Below are positions 10,536-21,384 of a stretch of DNA of 64,000 nt, one piece after another. The notes under the pieces are model-generated. The model ran no database searches, was not told the origin of the DNA, and saw only the letters and a list, made by a program, of their open reading frames with translations. The translations under genes were made by a program, and so were the position numbers. Numbering within the stretch: the first letter of the stretch is position 1; every line of letters starts with the position of its first letter. Origin of the DNA: an uncultured Methylomirabilota bacterium (lineage in GTDB: Bacteria; Methylomirabilota; Methylomirabilia; Methylomirabilales; 2-02-FULL-66-22); assembly GCA_963705305.1 (NCBI GenBank), contig OY970067.1, forward strand, positions 1,216,001 to 1,280,000, given 5' to 3'.

Positions 10536-11663
10536 CTACCGATACCTGTTGGCAAATTCCTTGAACTTGCTGCTCAGCTCCTTGCTGCGCTCTTCGCTCT
10601 CGCTGAGCTTCATCACCTTGCATTCGTAACCGATCATCTCCCTCATGATGCCGACTGCATTCTCGGTAAAGTGCGCCGTCCCGTCCTGATCGATCCTCTC
10701 GATGCCATCGAAGCGCTGCCCTTCCTCGTTAATCTGGATGGCCTTCTCGAGGGTCAAATTCGCGGGAAGAACCACCTTTCCTCCCTTCCCGTCAACGCTC
10801 ACAGGGTACCCTCCAGGCAATCCCGCAGGGCCCGGAGCATGCATGAAGCCGCCCGTGTCGTCTGCCATGGCCAAGATGATGCTTGCGGCGGAGGAGGCCG
10901 TCAGAATTTGCCCATCCCTGCCGCCGGGCCGACGGAATCGGGTTGGAATGTCCTTGAACACCTCATCCACATTGATGTCTTTCGTGACATCCCGTCCGTC
11001 CACCACCGCGCTCAGGTGGTAGGGCGCGCCGCCGGATGTTCCAAAGCGCGGGATATAGTGGCTGACATAGTGCTGGGCAACGAACGATACCGTCACGTCC
11101 TTCAGGGGCCTTCCCAGCCTATAGGCGATCGACGCCCTGATGGCCGGGACGGGGTTGGCCACGTTCCCGATTCCGATGGCGGGTGCGAGACCGACCTTCC
11201 CAAGGATCGGATTCACCCCATCGGGGAAGGCGGAGTTGATCACGCGGATGTCGAGGCCCGAGGCCTTGACCGCCTGCATCAATTTGTAGACGAGCGTCAA
11301 CTGGAGGGGAAGCCAGGGGCCAAAGCGGGCCTTGTCCAGGCGCTCGAACACCTCTTTCGGCAGCGAATTGATCACCCACCATGCCTGCTGGCTCACCGCG
11401 CTATAGATGATTTCGGGCTTGTACTTGCGGATCGTCTCTGTTGCCTGATCCAGGTTGAAGAGATCGATCTTGGTAAATTCGACTTCCGGATAAAAGCCCA
11501 TCTGGCTTGCGCCGTACATCGCAATGTTGGTCTTCCGGTACCCCCAGTCCTCATTCGTGTCGGCTGTGATGATTCGTCGAGGTCCCGGGGTTCGGACCAG
11601 CATTTCGAGAACATGGCCCCCTAGATCGCCCACCCCGACCATCATGATTATTGTGCGTCCCAT
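10536..11663 (-). CDS. Rossmann-fold NAD(P)-dependent oxidoreductase, saccharopine dehydrogenase-like
   Basis: N-terminal VGVGDLG nucleotide-binding motif; family call tentative. Confidence 0.65.
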   Translation of the reverse strand: MGRTIIMMVGVGDLGGHVLEMLVRTPGPRRIITADTNEDWGYRKTNIAMYGASQMGFYPEVEFTKIDLFNLDQATETIRKYKPEIIYSAVSQQAWWVINSLPKEVFERLDKARFGPWLPLQLTLVYKLMQAVKASGLDIRVINSAFPDGVNPILGKVGLAPAIGIGNVANPVPAIRASIAYRLGRPLKDVTVSFVAQHYVSHYIPRFGTSGGAPYHLSAVVDGRDVTKDINVDEVFKDIPTRFRRPGGRDGQILTASSAASIILAMADDTGGFMHAPGPAGLPGGYPVSVDGKGGKVVLPANLTLEKAIQINEEGQRFDGIERIDQDGTAHFTENAVGIMREMIGYECKVMKLSESEERSKELSSKFKEFANRYR

Positions 11664-11987
11664 GCCTTTCTCCTTTCCATGCTACCAGGTGATCCCGTCG
11701 AGGAGCCTGACATCAGCCCACAAGTGGAAGAGCGTTCCGCGCCCAGCCGGCCTCCCAGACAGGAGCCGCACCGACCGCAGAAGATCCGGCCCCCTGCCCG
11801 CTCCCTGGGCCGGGGGATTCGAAGGCACAGCCACACCCCTGACAGGTGTCAGCGTTGGATGGCGCGCCGGCCGCCCTGAAGGGAGGAGGATTCACGCGGG
11901 GAGCAACCGCATCCGTGTCTCTGGTCTGTATGCGTCAATCGACGGATCTCGAATCCCGGCGCGTCCGTCTCACCCGGCAGCCGAACC

Positions 11988-12716
11988 TCAGTTCAACTTC
12001 TTCACGTCTGCGGCGTACTTCCCGGAGAGTTCCGCAAATGCTCCCGGCTGCGCCTTGACTGCGATGAGAGGCTCGAGGACCTTGCCCTTTATCGTATCGG
12101 CCATGGTCTGCACGTGGCTCCTCAACAACTCCCCCGCTGTCTTGCCGTCTCTCCTCTTGAGGGCTTCCAATATTTCTTCCGCCTCCTTGAATTGATCCAG
12201 CACTTCCTCTTTCGTGAGAACCCAGTAATACCAAAAGCGGGCGCACACACCGTGAAGCTCGTAAAGCGTCTCTTTCAGCTTCTCGTTATGGGTTGCTTCG
12301 TACAAGGTGTCATGAAAATCAAATTCGCACTGCGTCAGGGCCTTTATGATTTCGGAGGCGTCGGCACCCTTTCCGAGCTCCTTCACCTTGTCCAGTATCT
12401 CTGTCAGCGAGTCGAGCTGGTCCTTCGTGATTCTCTGGGCCGCCAGTGACCCCGTCAATTCTTCGAGGGTCAATCGGATTTCAATCACCTGCCCGAAGAG
12501 GCGAAGATCAATTGGCGTTACGAACGTTCCGGAGCGCGGGAATCTTTGGATCAGGCCGTCCCGCTGCAAGTTGATGAAGATCTCTCTGAGCGGGGACCTG
12601 CCAATTTGGTATTCCTTCAGGAGCTCCTTTTCGTTCAACAGCTCTCCGGGCCGTAGGTCATGGGTGATGATCCGGAATCGAAGGCTGCGATAGACTTTGT
12701 CTTTTTGATCTTTCAT
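11988..12716 (-). CDS. GntR family regulator (FCD domain)
   Basis: LRPGELLNE...GRSPLRE...RSGTFV; FHDTLY. Confidence 0.9.
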   Translation of the reverse strand: MKDQKDKVYRSLRFRIITHDLRPGELLNEKELLKEYQIGRSPLREIFINLQRDGLIQRFPRSGTFVTPIDLRLFGQVIEIRLTLEELTGSLAAQRITKDQLDSLTEILDKVKELGKGADASEIIKALTQCEFDFHDTLYEATHNEKLKETLYELHGVCARFWYYWVLTKEEVLDQFKEAEEILEALKRRDGKTAGELLRSHVQTMADTIKGKVLEPLIAVKAQPGAFAELSGKYAADVKKLN

Positions 12717-12771
12717 AGATCCACCAGGCCACGGCGCGGCATCGCGGGAACGGCCACGTCCGCCGACCGGG

Positions 12772-13554
12772 CTAGCCAGCCAGTATCGCCTCCAGGTCAT
12801 CCACCGTGAAGTAGGCTGCGGGATGGGCAGCCGAGCGGTTGGCCAGCACCCGGCAGACCTCGTCGCCCGGATCGCCCAAGCAGGTCAGGACGATGGCCGC
12901 CCCGGAGAAATCCTCCTCCCGGGTGAAGCCGCTCACGGTCACCACGCACTTCATGCCCGCGCTGGCGGCGGATTCGACCCCATTGCTCGAATCCTCCACC
13001 ACCACGCACTGGGCCGGCGGGATGCCCAGCCGCTGAGCGGCCAGCAGATAGATGTCGGGCGCCGGTTTCTTGGCCTTCACACAATCGCCGGCCAAAACAC
13101 AGGCAAATCGTCCGGCCGTTTCTTCCCCCATCGCGTGGCGCAGCACCGCCTCGACCGACTCCTGCGCAGATGTCGAGGCCACCGCCAGCGTCCACCCGCG
13201 GCCGAGCGCCTCCCTGGAGAGTCGCCTGACGCCGGACCGCGGGGGGATCTTTCCGGAACCGATGATCTCCTTGTAGATGGCGGATTTCCGCTTGTGCCAT
13301 GCCGCCACCATCTCCTTCTGTTCCTCCGGCGCCGAGGGAGCCGCTGGATACGCCTTCAAGAACTCGGGCTCGCGGAACAGAACCGACATCCGCTCCTTGC
13401 CCCCGCCGATCTTGAGCTTCCGCCCATACTCTTCCGCGGACCACTCCCAGGGTACGCCCATCTCTTTCCACATCTGGTTGAAGGCCGGGAGGTGGCCGTG
13501 CCGCTCGGTGTCGGCCAGTACGCCGTCGCAGTCGAAAATGAGCGCCCTCTTCAT
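12772..13554 (-). CDS. HAD-IA hydrolase, CbbY-like sugar-phosphate phosphatase
   Basis: FDCDGVLADTE, KKPAPDIY, VEDSSNG. Confidence 0.88.
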   Translation of the reverse strand: MKRALIFDCDGVLADTERHGHLPAFNQMWKEMGVPWEWSAEEYGRKLKIGGGKERMSVLFREPEFLKAYPAAPSAPEEQKEMVAAWHKRKSAIYKEIIGSGKIPPRSGVRRLSREALGRGWTLAVASTSAQESVEAVLRHAMGEETAGRFACVLAGDCVKAKKPAPDIYLLAAQRLGIPPAQCVVVEDSSNGVESAASAGMKCVVTVSGFTREEDFSGAAIVLTCLGDPGDEVCRVLANRSAAHPAAYFTVDDLEAILAG

Positions 13555-14405
13555 GCCGCCTTTCCCTCGCTGCCAAAGGTCCTCATGAACTCCGTCACCT
13601 TGGCCACCAGGCTCTTCTTCACCGCCGCCAGCAGTTTGGATGGATCGTACTCGGTCGGCTTCTCGGTCAGGTAGTCCTTGAAGCTGTCGGCAAAGGTGAT
13701 CTTCAATTGCGTCGAGATGTTGACCTTCGGGGCCCCGCGCCGGATCAGTTCCCGGAACGTCTCGTCCGATAGGCCGGTTCCCCCGTGAACCACCAGGGGA
13801 ATCGGCTCCGCCGCGACGATTTCCGAAACGCGGTTGAAGTTGATTTTCGGCGTCCCCTTGTAGAGGCCATGCGCCGTCCCGATGGCCGGGGCGAAGCTGT
13901 CGATCCGGGTCTCTCGGATGAAGGCCACGGCTTTGTCCAGGGCCACGACCGCGCTGCCGTACTCGTCTCCAACGCCGTCCTCCACGCCTTTGACCGCTTC
14001 CAGCTCCCCCTCCACGGCGACACCCCGCCTGTGGGCCAGCTCCACCAACGCTTTGGTCTGCGCCATGTTATCTTCGTACGTCAGCTTGGAGGCGTCGAAG
14101 AGGACGGAATTCCAGCCGGTCTCAATGCACTGCATGATGACACTCTGGTCGGGACAATGATCGAGGTGGAGAGTGGTTGGTATGGGGACCTTGCCCGCCA
14201 TTTCGGTGAACATCAGCTGGATCAGCTTTGCGCCCATCACCTTCACAGTCTTGACGGAGACCTGGACGATGACCGGGGACTTGGTTTCGGCGGCGGCAGT
14301 GAGAACCGCATCCATGGTCACCCAATCGACGATATTAAAGGCGCCCACCCCGTACCGCTTGCCGAAAGCGTCCTTTAAGATTGCCTGCATCGGGACAACT
14401 GGCAT
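13551..14405 (-). CDS. Class II fructose/tagatose-bisphosphate aldolase family
   Basis: LHLDH, VEGEL, AIGTAHG, HGGTG, KVNI. Confidence 0.92.
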   Translation of the reverse strand: MPVVPMQAILKDAFGKRYGVGAFNIVDWVTMDAVLTAAAETKSPVIVQVSVKTVKVMGAKLIQLMFTEMAGKVPIPTTLHLDHCPDQSVIMQCIETGWNSVLFDASKLTYEDNMAQTKALVELAHRRGVAVEGELEAVKGVEDGVGDEYGSAVVALDKAVAFIRETRIDSFAPAIGTAHGLYKGTPKINFNRVSEIVAAEPIPLVVHGGTGLSDETFRELIRRGAPKVNISTQLKITFADSFKDYLTEKPTEYDPSKLLAAVKKSLVAKVTEFMRTFGSEGKAA

Positions 14406-14483
14406 AACGCGCCCTCCTCATGTTCGGCCTGACCTTCAGCCGAGCACTTGCCAACACTGCCTCCGATTCGTGTTCGCTTCCAT

Positions 14484-14495
14484 CTGATATATCAG
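14484..14495. promoter_or_regulatory. Perfect palindrome CTGATATATCAG, putative GntR operator
   Basis: 12-bp palindrome about 80 bp upstream of the aldolase start, in an AT-rich promoter region; the operon encodes a GntR. Confidence 0.6.
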
Positions 14496-15862
14496 TAGTT
14501 ACATTCTACTTGACTATAAGCATACCAATAATTTCTCAGTAAGATATCATTAGTTTAATAGGTGTCAAGCAAAATGAAGAAACGAGGAGTGGTGGAATAA
14601 TAGGCGTCCAAGCCCCATACAAAACACAAGACATTCTGGGGATACTGAAATCCGTCTAACCATTCTATTTGATAGCTAACCTATCAATTCTAAACCATAT
14701 ATCAATATAGAAAACCAATACATGACAGGAACGTCATGGAAGTCTGTACGAAGCGGATCGATTGGCTAAACCATCAAGATCTGCCACACCCTAGGGTGGG
14801 TCTTGGTCGGTATTGATGTGCGCAAAAGAATCGGTGGTGCGAAGGGAGCGACGGAGCCATTTTCCGGAAGAGGGCGATAGGACCACACAAGAAGGAACAG
14901 GCAAGATCCAGCCGTGCGCCCCGGGGGTGAATGTTCCGGGAGCCGCCCATATCTCCGGCGCCAAAGCCACGCCGGGTCGAGGGAACAATGCGCGGGAGCC
15001 ATCCGGACGGAGAACGTCGAGGGGCCCGCCTTCCCGCCCCTACCCACTTCTCTCCGCCATCCGCGATTTCCGCATTTGACAGCCCCACGGCCGTTCGCTA
15101 GCTAGCTAGAGGATAGGAAGCCGATGTCCATGGATAAAGGCTCCCTGTTCTGTGACTACTTGAAATCAAGGCGGGTGTTTTCAGCGGGATCCGAACCCGC
15201 GCGCCCAAGAATGGCGTTGATGGCCCTAGGGATTGTCAACCACGAGGGCCTTCAGGGGGATTCTGAAGATCCACGTGGTTGAGAGCGTCTGCGGGGTTTG
15301 TCAGGCAGTTATGGTGGCAGTCCATCTATTCGCGCTAAATTCCGCGACAGGACTTCAGTAGAGGCGAAGATTCGAGGGGTTCCTATGTGGGCCCGGCGAT
15401 CCCTTGTTTGTAAGTTAGAACCACGCCTTTCGGCCTGTCCACGCCTGTTCTAGGCTGTTTTGGAGGCTCATGTTAGCCAGGAATCAGGCCCAAATGTCGG
15501 CACGGAACTCGATACGCAGGTTCATATCCCGAGCCGGAATCCAGCCCGCGGGATTCTATCGAAATTCAATCTTCTCGATGAGTTACGTCCAGGGGCGGAT
15601 ACTCGTCGAGGGGATACCACTTATATATACGTCGTGTGACTCCAGGGACATGCGAGCCCGCGTCTACAGGGTCAAGGAGTTAGAGGGCCGGCCAGCGCGC
15701 ACCTCCGTCGGCGGACCGCCCATTCCCAAGGGGCAGCGTGAATTCCTCCGCCCGGCGCCGCCGCAACCAGCCGCGCGGAAGATCGGCGAGAGATCCGGAA
15801 AGAATCCTGGACGGCAGCCGAATCAGCGACGGCGGTTGCCGGTCGGCCCAGCGGGATGAGGC

Positions 15863-17011
15863 CTACAGCGCCTGTTCAAAAATAGCCTGAACGTGCTCGC
15901 GGCGGACCTCGCGCGGGTTGTTGGCGAGGAGCCGCGTCACCCGCATGGCGCCTTCGACCAAATCCGGGAGATCTTCAGCTACGATCCCGACCGCGCGGAG
16001 CGTTTGGGGGATCCCGATGTCCCGTGCGAGGAGCCGGCACGCTTCGGCGCTCTGGGCGGCGGCGGCGCGAGGCGACATACCGGCGATCGGCTCTCCGAGC
16101 GCGCGGGCCACGGCGGCAAACTTTGGAAGGTTGCTGAGAGCATTGAACGCCAGGCCGTAGGGAAGGAGAAGGGAGTTCGCTACGCCGTGGGTGATCCGGT
16201 GTTGCCCCTGGAGCGGATACGCCAGGGCATGCACGATGTTGGTCCCCGCGTTCCCGATGGCGATCCCGGCGTACAGGCTGGCCCTGGCCATCCCCTCGCG
16301 CGCCGCCACGTCGCTCCCGTTGGCTACGGCCGTCCGGAGGTGGGTCCCGATCAGCTGAATCGCCTCGAGCGCGTAGAGATCGGTCATGGGTGAGCCGTTG
16401 CGCGACGTATACGCCTCCACCGCATGGCTGAGGGCGTCCATGCCGGTTGCGGCTGTCACCTTGTCGGGCACGCTGAGCGTGAGTAGCGGATCTATGATCG
16501 CCACGTCGGGGATCGTGTAAGGGCTCACGACGGCCTTCTTGTCCCGGGCGGCCGGCACGTAGAAAAGGGCGTTCGGCGTGATCTCGGCCCCCGTCCCGGC
16601 GGTGCTGGGCACGAGGATCGATGGAACGCCCCGCTGCTTGACCAGGCCGATCCCCAGGTAGTCTTCGAGGGCCCCGGGGTTTTGCAGGAGCATCGCCACT
16701 GCCTTGGCAGTATCGAGCGATGTGCCCCCGCCGACCCCAACTACCAGGTCGCACTGTGCCTTCCGAGCGGCGGCGGCGCAAGGGGCGACGCTCTGGACCG
16801 ACGGCTCGTATTCCGCCTCCACGTAGAGGGTCGACCGGATGCACTGTGAGGCCAGCGCGGCGAGAAGCTTCTCGGTGGTGCCCAGCTTCTCCAGGACAGG
16901 GTCGCTCACGACGAACGCGTTGGAGGCCCCCAGGCGCTTGGCCTCGTCCCCCGCGGTCTCGGCAGCACCACAGCCAAGCGTGATCTGCGCCGGCACTCGA
17001 AAAATCGCCAT
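15863..17011 (-). CDS. Iron-containing alcohol dehydrogenase
   Basis: GGGTSLD, PSTAGTG, DALSHAVE, HALAY, HGVAN. Confidence 0.92.
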   Translation of the reverse strand: MAIFRVPAQITLGCGAAETAGDEAKRLGASNAFVVSDPVLEKLGTTEKLLAALASQCIRSTLYVEAEYEPSVQSVAPCAAAARKAQCDLVVGVGGGTSLDTAKAVAMLLQNPGALEDYLGIGLVKQRGVPSILVPSTAGTGAEITPNALFYVPAARDKKAVVSPYTIPDVAIIDPLLTLSVPDKVTAATGMDALSHAVEAYTSRNGSPMTDLYALEAIQLIGTHLRTAVANGSDVAAREGMARASLYAGIAIGNAGTNIVHALAYPLQGQHRITHGVANSLLLPYGLAFNALSNLPKFAAVARALGEPIAGMSPRAAAAQSAEACRLLARDIGIPQTLRAVGIVAEDLPDLVEGAMRVTRLLANNPREVRREHVQAIFEQAL

Positions 17012-17087
17012 GTGGCCTCCCATATGCTGCCTCCCGTGCCCCCTCCCCGCGATTGCCGTTTGGCTGCGCAGGACTCCCGACCGGGGG

Positions 17088-18098
17088 CTAGACGGTGGCT
17101 GCCGACCCCCGCCGGGATCTGGAGAAGGTATCGGTGCGTTGTCCTTGCTTCGCAACCCTGCACCTGGCCTCGAGGTTCAGGCGGGCCATCTCCGCCCGGA
17201 TCACGACCTTGGCGTCGGTCGGGGTCGCCAGGAGGGGCGGCAACACCGCTTCTCCGCACAGCCCAAGCTCGCTCATCACGAACTTCAGCGCGGCGATGGA
17301 TTGGCTGAGAATCTGCCCTGTCCTACCGAGGAGTCTGAGGTAGTTCTGATACACGCTGGAGACCTCGTTCTGCTCCTCCTGGAGCCGGTCGGCGAGGTCC
17401 AGATCGCCCCCGGCCACGGCGTCCATGATCCGCACGTACAGGTCCGGATAGAAGTTGCCGGTGCTCGGCACTAGGCCGTCCGAGCCGAGCCGGAGCCCCT
17501 TCGTACAGAGCCCGGTTGTGCCCACCAAATGGCAGAAATCATCCCGTCCCCTCCAGAGGGGAATGCCCTTTTCGAAGCGCTGGGGGTCGTTTTCCGAATC
17601 CTTGAGGCCAACGATCCTGGGATGGTGGCCCAGCCGGTCGACGACCTCGAGGGGAATCGACAGGTGGGTCGTACTGGGAATGTTGTACAGCATAAGCGGC
17701 CCCGGGATCGCGTCGGCCAGCCTCTCGTAGAACCGGAGCATGTGATCGGGCGTGATCGGGTAGTAACATGGCAAGGCGGCGACTGCGCAGTCCGCGCCCA
17801 GGTCGAAATATCGCTTGGCTGCGTTGACGGACTCCGCGAGGCAGTTGCCGCCAATTCCGACGAACGTCTGCGCGCGGCCGTGGGCCACGCCAACCATGGT
17901 CTTGACCAGCCGTGCCCGGGTCGTCTCGGTGAGAGACGCCATCTCCCCCGTCGTCCCGAGCACAAAGGGATGGGCGCCTCCGCCGATGATATGCTCAATT
18001 ACCCGGCGCGCCCCCGCGACATCGAGATCCCCCTGCTCGGTGACGGGCGTCACCGCCGGCACCACGACCCCCGAGAACCTCTCCTGCTTCCAGAGCAT
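17088..18098 (-). CDS. DHDPS/N-acetylneuraminate lyase family class I aldolase or dehydratase
   Basis: GTTGE, LYNIP, VGLKDS (Schiff-base Lys). Confidence 0.9.
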   Translation of the reverse strand: MLWKQERFSGVVVPAVTPVTEQGDLDVAGARRVIEHIIGGGAHPFVLGTTGEMASLTETTRARLVKTMVGVAHGRAQTFVGIGGNCLAESVNAAKRYFDLGADCAVAALPCYYPITPDHMLRFYERLADAIPGPLMLYNIPSTTHLSIPLEVVDRLGHHPRIVGLKDSENDPQRFEKGIPLWRGRDDFCHLVGTTGLCTKGLRLGSDGLVPSTGNFYPDLYVRIMDAVAGGDLDLADRLQEEQNEVSSVYQNYLRLLGRTGQILSQSIAALKFVMSELGLCGEAVLPPLLATPTDAKVVIRAEMARLNLEARCRVAKQGQRTDTFSRSRRGSAATV

Positions 18099-18106
18099 GC
18101 GTCCCC

Positions 18107-18808
18107 CTAGCGCGCCAGCGCCATTGAGCTGATCGCGCGCTTGGCCGTGCTCGAGATGTGGGCCTTGAGTGCCTCCTGCGCCGCCGCCACATCCTTTCGG
18201 CGGAGCGCCGCAATGATGGCGGCATGCTCGGAGTTGTCCGCGGCCACCGCCTCCCCGGGTGGGACCGGCAGGGGACCCACCCGGAGACCGTGCACGTGGA
18301 TGTTGAGCCGTTGGTATGTCTCGGCCAGGGCGCGATTCTTGGCGAGGCCCACGATACGTTCGTGGAACAACTTGTCCCGGAGGACCTGCGCCAGCCGCTG
18401 CTTCGGTCCGGCGAGGCCGGCGCGGCCGGGAGTGATGATCACCTCGTCCAGTTCCCGGAGGAGCTCCGGGGTGACATTTTCGATCCCGCGCTCTATGGCG
18501 AACGACTCACACATCAGCCGCACGTCGTACAGATCCATCAATTCCTCGGGGGACACCTGCGTCACCCGAACCCCCGTCCGCCCCGCGGCCTGGACCAGCC
18601 CCTCTGCGGCGAGGCGCGTGAGCGCCGCCCGGATCGGCGTCCGGCTCACACCCAGGTGGGCGGCGAGGTCATCCAGGACCAGCCGTTGCCCCGGGGGGAA
18701 CCGGCGCTCCGTGATGGCCTCGAGGAGCGCCGTATACACCTGCTCGGTGATGCTCCGGAACTCTGCGCCAATGGACGGCATCTCGATCTCTGCGGTCTGT
18801 GCACACAT
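18107..18808 (-). CDS. GntR family regulator (FCD domain)
   Basis: PPGQRL...LGVSRTPIRAAL; FHERI; EHAAII. Confidence 0.9.
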   Translation of the reverse strand: MCAQTAEIEMPSIGAEFRSITEQVYTALLEAITERRFPPGQRLVLDDLAAHLGVSRTPIRAALTRLAAEGLVQAAGRTGVRVTQVSPEELMDLYDVRLMCESFAIERGIENVTPELLRELDEVIITPGRAGLAGPKQRLAQVLRDKLFHERIVGLAKNRALAETYQRLNIHVHGLRVGPLPVPPGEAVAADNSEHAAIIAALRRKDVAAAQEALKAHISSTAKRAISSMALAR

Positions 18809-18834
18809 CGCTATCAGTCCTCGCTCGAGCGGGT

Positions 18835-19920
18835 TTAGGACCGCGATCTCTCTGCCGGCGGGCTGTCTGGCCGTACGAGCTCCTCCGCGTAAAGAAAGAG
18901 GAGCGGCGAACCGCCGGTATGAAGAAATACCACGGTGGAGCCGCCGCCGATCTCCCCCTGTCGGATCAGGTCCATGAGGCCGGCCATCGCCTTGCCCGTG
19001 TACACCGGGTCGAGGAGGATCCCCTCGGTCGCTCCGACCGTTCTCACGGCCTCGACAGTCTTGCGGTCGATGCGTCCGTATCCCGGCCCAACATATTTCG
19101 ACAGGTTGACCACATCGGCCGGACCGATTCCGATGTCGACGCCGATCCGCCGGGTGGCCAGCCTGGTCAGGCGCACGATGTCCCGCCCCACGTCGGGGTC
19201 GCGACCGGGGCGGTCGACCCGATGCATGGGCGCGATCCCGACGATCCGGCTGCGCACTCGGAGATACTTCCCGGCCACCAGGAGACCGGCCTGGGTTGGC
19301 CCATCCGAGCAGACCACAATGTGGTTCGGTTCGATCCCCTGCGCCTCGCACTGCGCACAGAGCTCCAGCATGCAGTCCGCATTGGCGAGGGTGCTGAGAT
19401 CGTAGTCGTCCACCCCCGTGACGTGGGGCCGCCGACCGGCGGCCCGAAGCCGATCGGCCAGGCCGTACATCTCGGCGATCTGCTCCTCCGCCGATCCTGC
19501 CGTTGTCACGATCCGGGCCCCCAGCACCTCGCTGAGCAGAAGGTTGCCCTGAGGCCCGGCCGGCCCGCCTTCCCGTCCGGATGTCTCCGCCTGCAAGACG
19601 AGATAGCAGTCGAGGCCGAGATGGCCGCAGGCGGCCGCGATCTGCCGGGCGTGGTTGGACTGGATCCCGTATCCGGCGACGATGACGTCCGCCCCCTGGA
19701 GCAGCTCCGGTGCCAGGCGGAACTCCAGCATGCGGGCCTTGTTCCCCCCCAGGGCGAGCCCCGTGAGGTCGTCCCGCTTGATGAGGATGCGCGGCCCCCT
19801 CAGACGCGCCGAAAGGTGCGGTGCCTCCTCGAGGGGGGTCGGCAGCGTAGCCAGGCGGGTCCGCGGCAACGCGTCGATCCGCCTCTTGAGATCCAGGTAC
19901 CGGTCTCGGTCGAAGAGCAT
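18835..19920 (-). CDS. PLP-dependent D-cysteine desulfhydrase / ACC deaminase family enzyme
   Basis: KRDDLTGLALGGNKAR, QSNHAR, LDPVYTGK, FLHTGG. Confidence 0.9.
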   Translation of the reverse strand: MLFDRDRYLDLKRRIDALPRTRLATLPTPLEEAPHLSARLRGPRILIKRDDLTGLALGGNKARMLEFRLAPELLQGADVIVAGYGIQSNHARQIAAACGHLGLDCYLVLQAETSGREGGPAGPQGNLLLSEVLGARIVTTAGSAEEQIAEMYGLADRLRAAGRRPHVTGVDDYDLSTLANADCMLELCAQCEAQGIEPNHIVVCSDGPTQAGLLVAGKYLRVRSRIVGIAPMHRVDRPGRDPDVGRDIVRLTRLATRRIGVDIGIGPADVVNLSKYVGPGYGRIDRKTVEAVRTVGATEGILLDPVYTGKAMAGLMDLIRQGEIGGGSTVVFLHTGGSPLLFLYAEELVRPDSPPAERSRS

Positions 19921-19940
19921 GTTGGCTGCCCGCGTCCCTT

Positions 19941-20675
19941 TCAGGGATGGAGGATCTGCCCGAGAAACCGCCGCGTCTCCTCGTGCTCGGGATGCTCGAA
20001 GAACTCCTGCGGCCGCTTCACCTCCAGGAAGTTCCCCCGGCTGAAGAACGCAATCCGGTCGGCGACCTCCTTGGCGAACCCCATCTCATGGGTGACCACG
20101 ATCATCGTCATGCCTCTTCTGGCCAGATCCCGCATCACGTCCAGCACCCCCTTGATCATTTCGGGATCGAGGGCGGAAGTGGGCTCGTCGAAGAGCATGA
20201 CGTCGGGCTTCATGGCGAGGGCCCGCACGATCGCCGCCCGCTGCTGCTGCCCGCCTGACAGCTGGTGGGGGCGGCAGTCGATCTTGTCCGACAGCCCGAC
20301 CATCTCCAAGAGGGCGGTAGCTTCGCGGACGACCTCTCCTTTCGGCCGCTTCATAATCTTAATCGGGGAGATGGTGGCGTTCTCCAGAACCGTGAGGTGG
20401 GGGAACAGATTGAAGGACTGGAAGACCATGCCGATTCTGGCCCGAATCTCCTGCAGGTTCTTCCGGGTGATGATCGTACCGTTGAAGGAGACGGTCCCCC
20501 CGTCGCTCGACTCCAGCCCGTTGATGCAGCGGATGAAGGTGCTCTTCCCCGAGCCGCTGGGCCCGCAGACCACCACGACTTCTTGGCGGTGGAGCTCGAA
20601 CGATACTTGGTCCAAAACGGTGAGGGAGCCGAAGCGTTTGACAAGTCGGTCGATGGAGATGATAACGTCAGCCAT
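19941..20675 (-). CDS. Polar amino acid ABC ATP-binding protein
   Basis: [27 protein letters not shown]. Confidence 0.93.
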   Translation of the reverse strand: MADVIISIDRLVKRFGSLTVLDQVSFELHRQEVVVVCGPSGSGKSTFIRCINGLESSDGGTVSFNGTIITRKNLQEIRARIGMVFQSFNLFPHLTVLENATISPIKIMKRPKGEVVREATALLEMVGLSDKIDCRPHQLSGGQQQRAAIVRALAMKPDVMLFDEPTSALDPEMIKGVLDVMRDLARRGMTMIVVTHEMGFAKEVADRIAFFSRGNFLEVKRPQEFFEHPEHEETRRFLGQILHP

Positions 20676-20709
20676 GTTCTTGATCCATCACGGCGAGCCC
20701 GGCACCGCG

Positions 20710-21384
20710 TCAGGCCAACTCGTGGACGGGCATCACGCCGACGATGCGCTCCTTGACCGTCCTCTCGCACCAATCTGCCAACATCTTGAGGAGGTGGCAT
20801 ACCACAAAGTAGAAGAGTCCGGCGTAGAAGAAAATCGGCAGGGGAGCCATTGTGGTCCCCATGAGATTCAAGGCCATCTTCGTCAGCTCCACGTACCCGA
20901 TGACAGAGGCGAGGGCGGTCACCTTCACCAACAAGACGACCTGCCCCACCAGGGCCGGCAGGACCAGGAGCACCGCCTGGGGAAGGATGATGTAGCGGAC
21001 GCTCTGCCAGAACGACATGGCCACCGCCTTGGCCGCTTCGTGCTGGCCCCTGTCGATGGCCTCGAGCCCGCCCCGCACGATTTCGATCATGTAGGCGCCG
21101 TTCGACAGGACCAACGCCAAGACCGCCGCCGCCATCGGATCGCTGCCCGTCGGGAGGACGAAGTAGCAGATGAACATCAAGAGGATGGTCGGGACCCCGC
21201 GCATCACATAGACATATGCCCCGAGCACCTGGTGCAGGACGGGCAAGCGAAGTACTCGGAGCGAGCCGCCGACAACGCCCACCAACAAGGCCAACACCAG
21301 GGCGGTCGGGATGAGCTTCACGGTCGGAATGAACCCCTTGAGGAACAGCACTCTGATGATGCCGAGATGCCACGCTAGGTCCAC
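20710..21384 (-). CDS. Polar amino acid ABC permease
   Basis: RGVP, AYMIEIVRGG, GQHEAA, ILPQA; GTG start inferred. Confidence 0.88.
   Translation of the reverse strand: MDLAWHLGIIRVLFLKGFIPTVKLIPTALVLALLVGVVGGSLRVLRLPVLHQVLGAYVYVMRGVPTILLMFICYFVLPTGSDPMAAAVLALVLSNGAYMIEIVRGGLEAIDRGQHEAAKAVAMSFWQSVRYIILPQAVLLVLPALVGQVVLLVKVTALASVIGYVELTKMALNLMGTTMAPLPIFFYAGLFYFVVCHLLKMLADWCERTVKERIVGVMPVHELA

Noticed and set aside
12772..14405. Calvin cycle (cbb) cluster
   Set aside because: No RuBisCO or phosphoribulokinase in the window.
14800..14880. IS110-like VGIDVRK motif
   Set aside because: Too short; the frame stops soon after and no other IS110 motifs are visible.
14500..15860. Short ORFs in the 1.4-kb intergenic region
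   Set aside because: No recognisable domains; left unannotated.
18799..21378. 859-aa plus-strand ORF (and similar long ORFs at 51-1253, 10365-11624 and 23065-24480)
   Set aside because: Antisense shadows of well-supported GC-rich genes.
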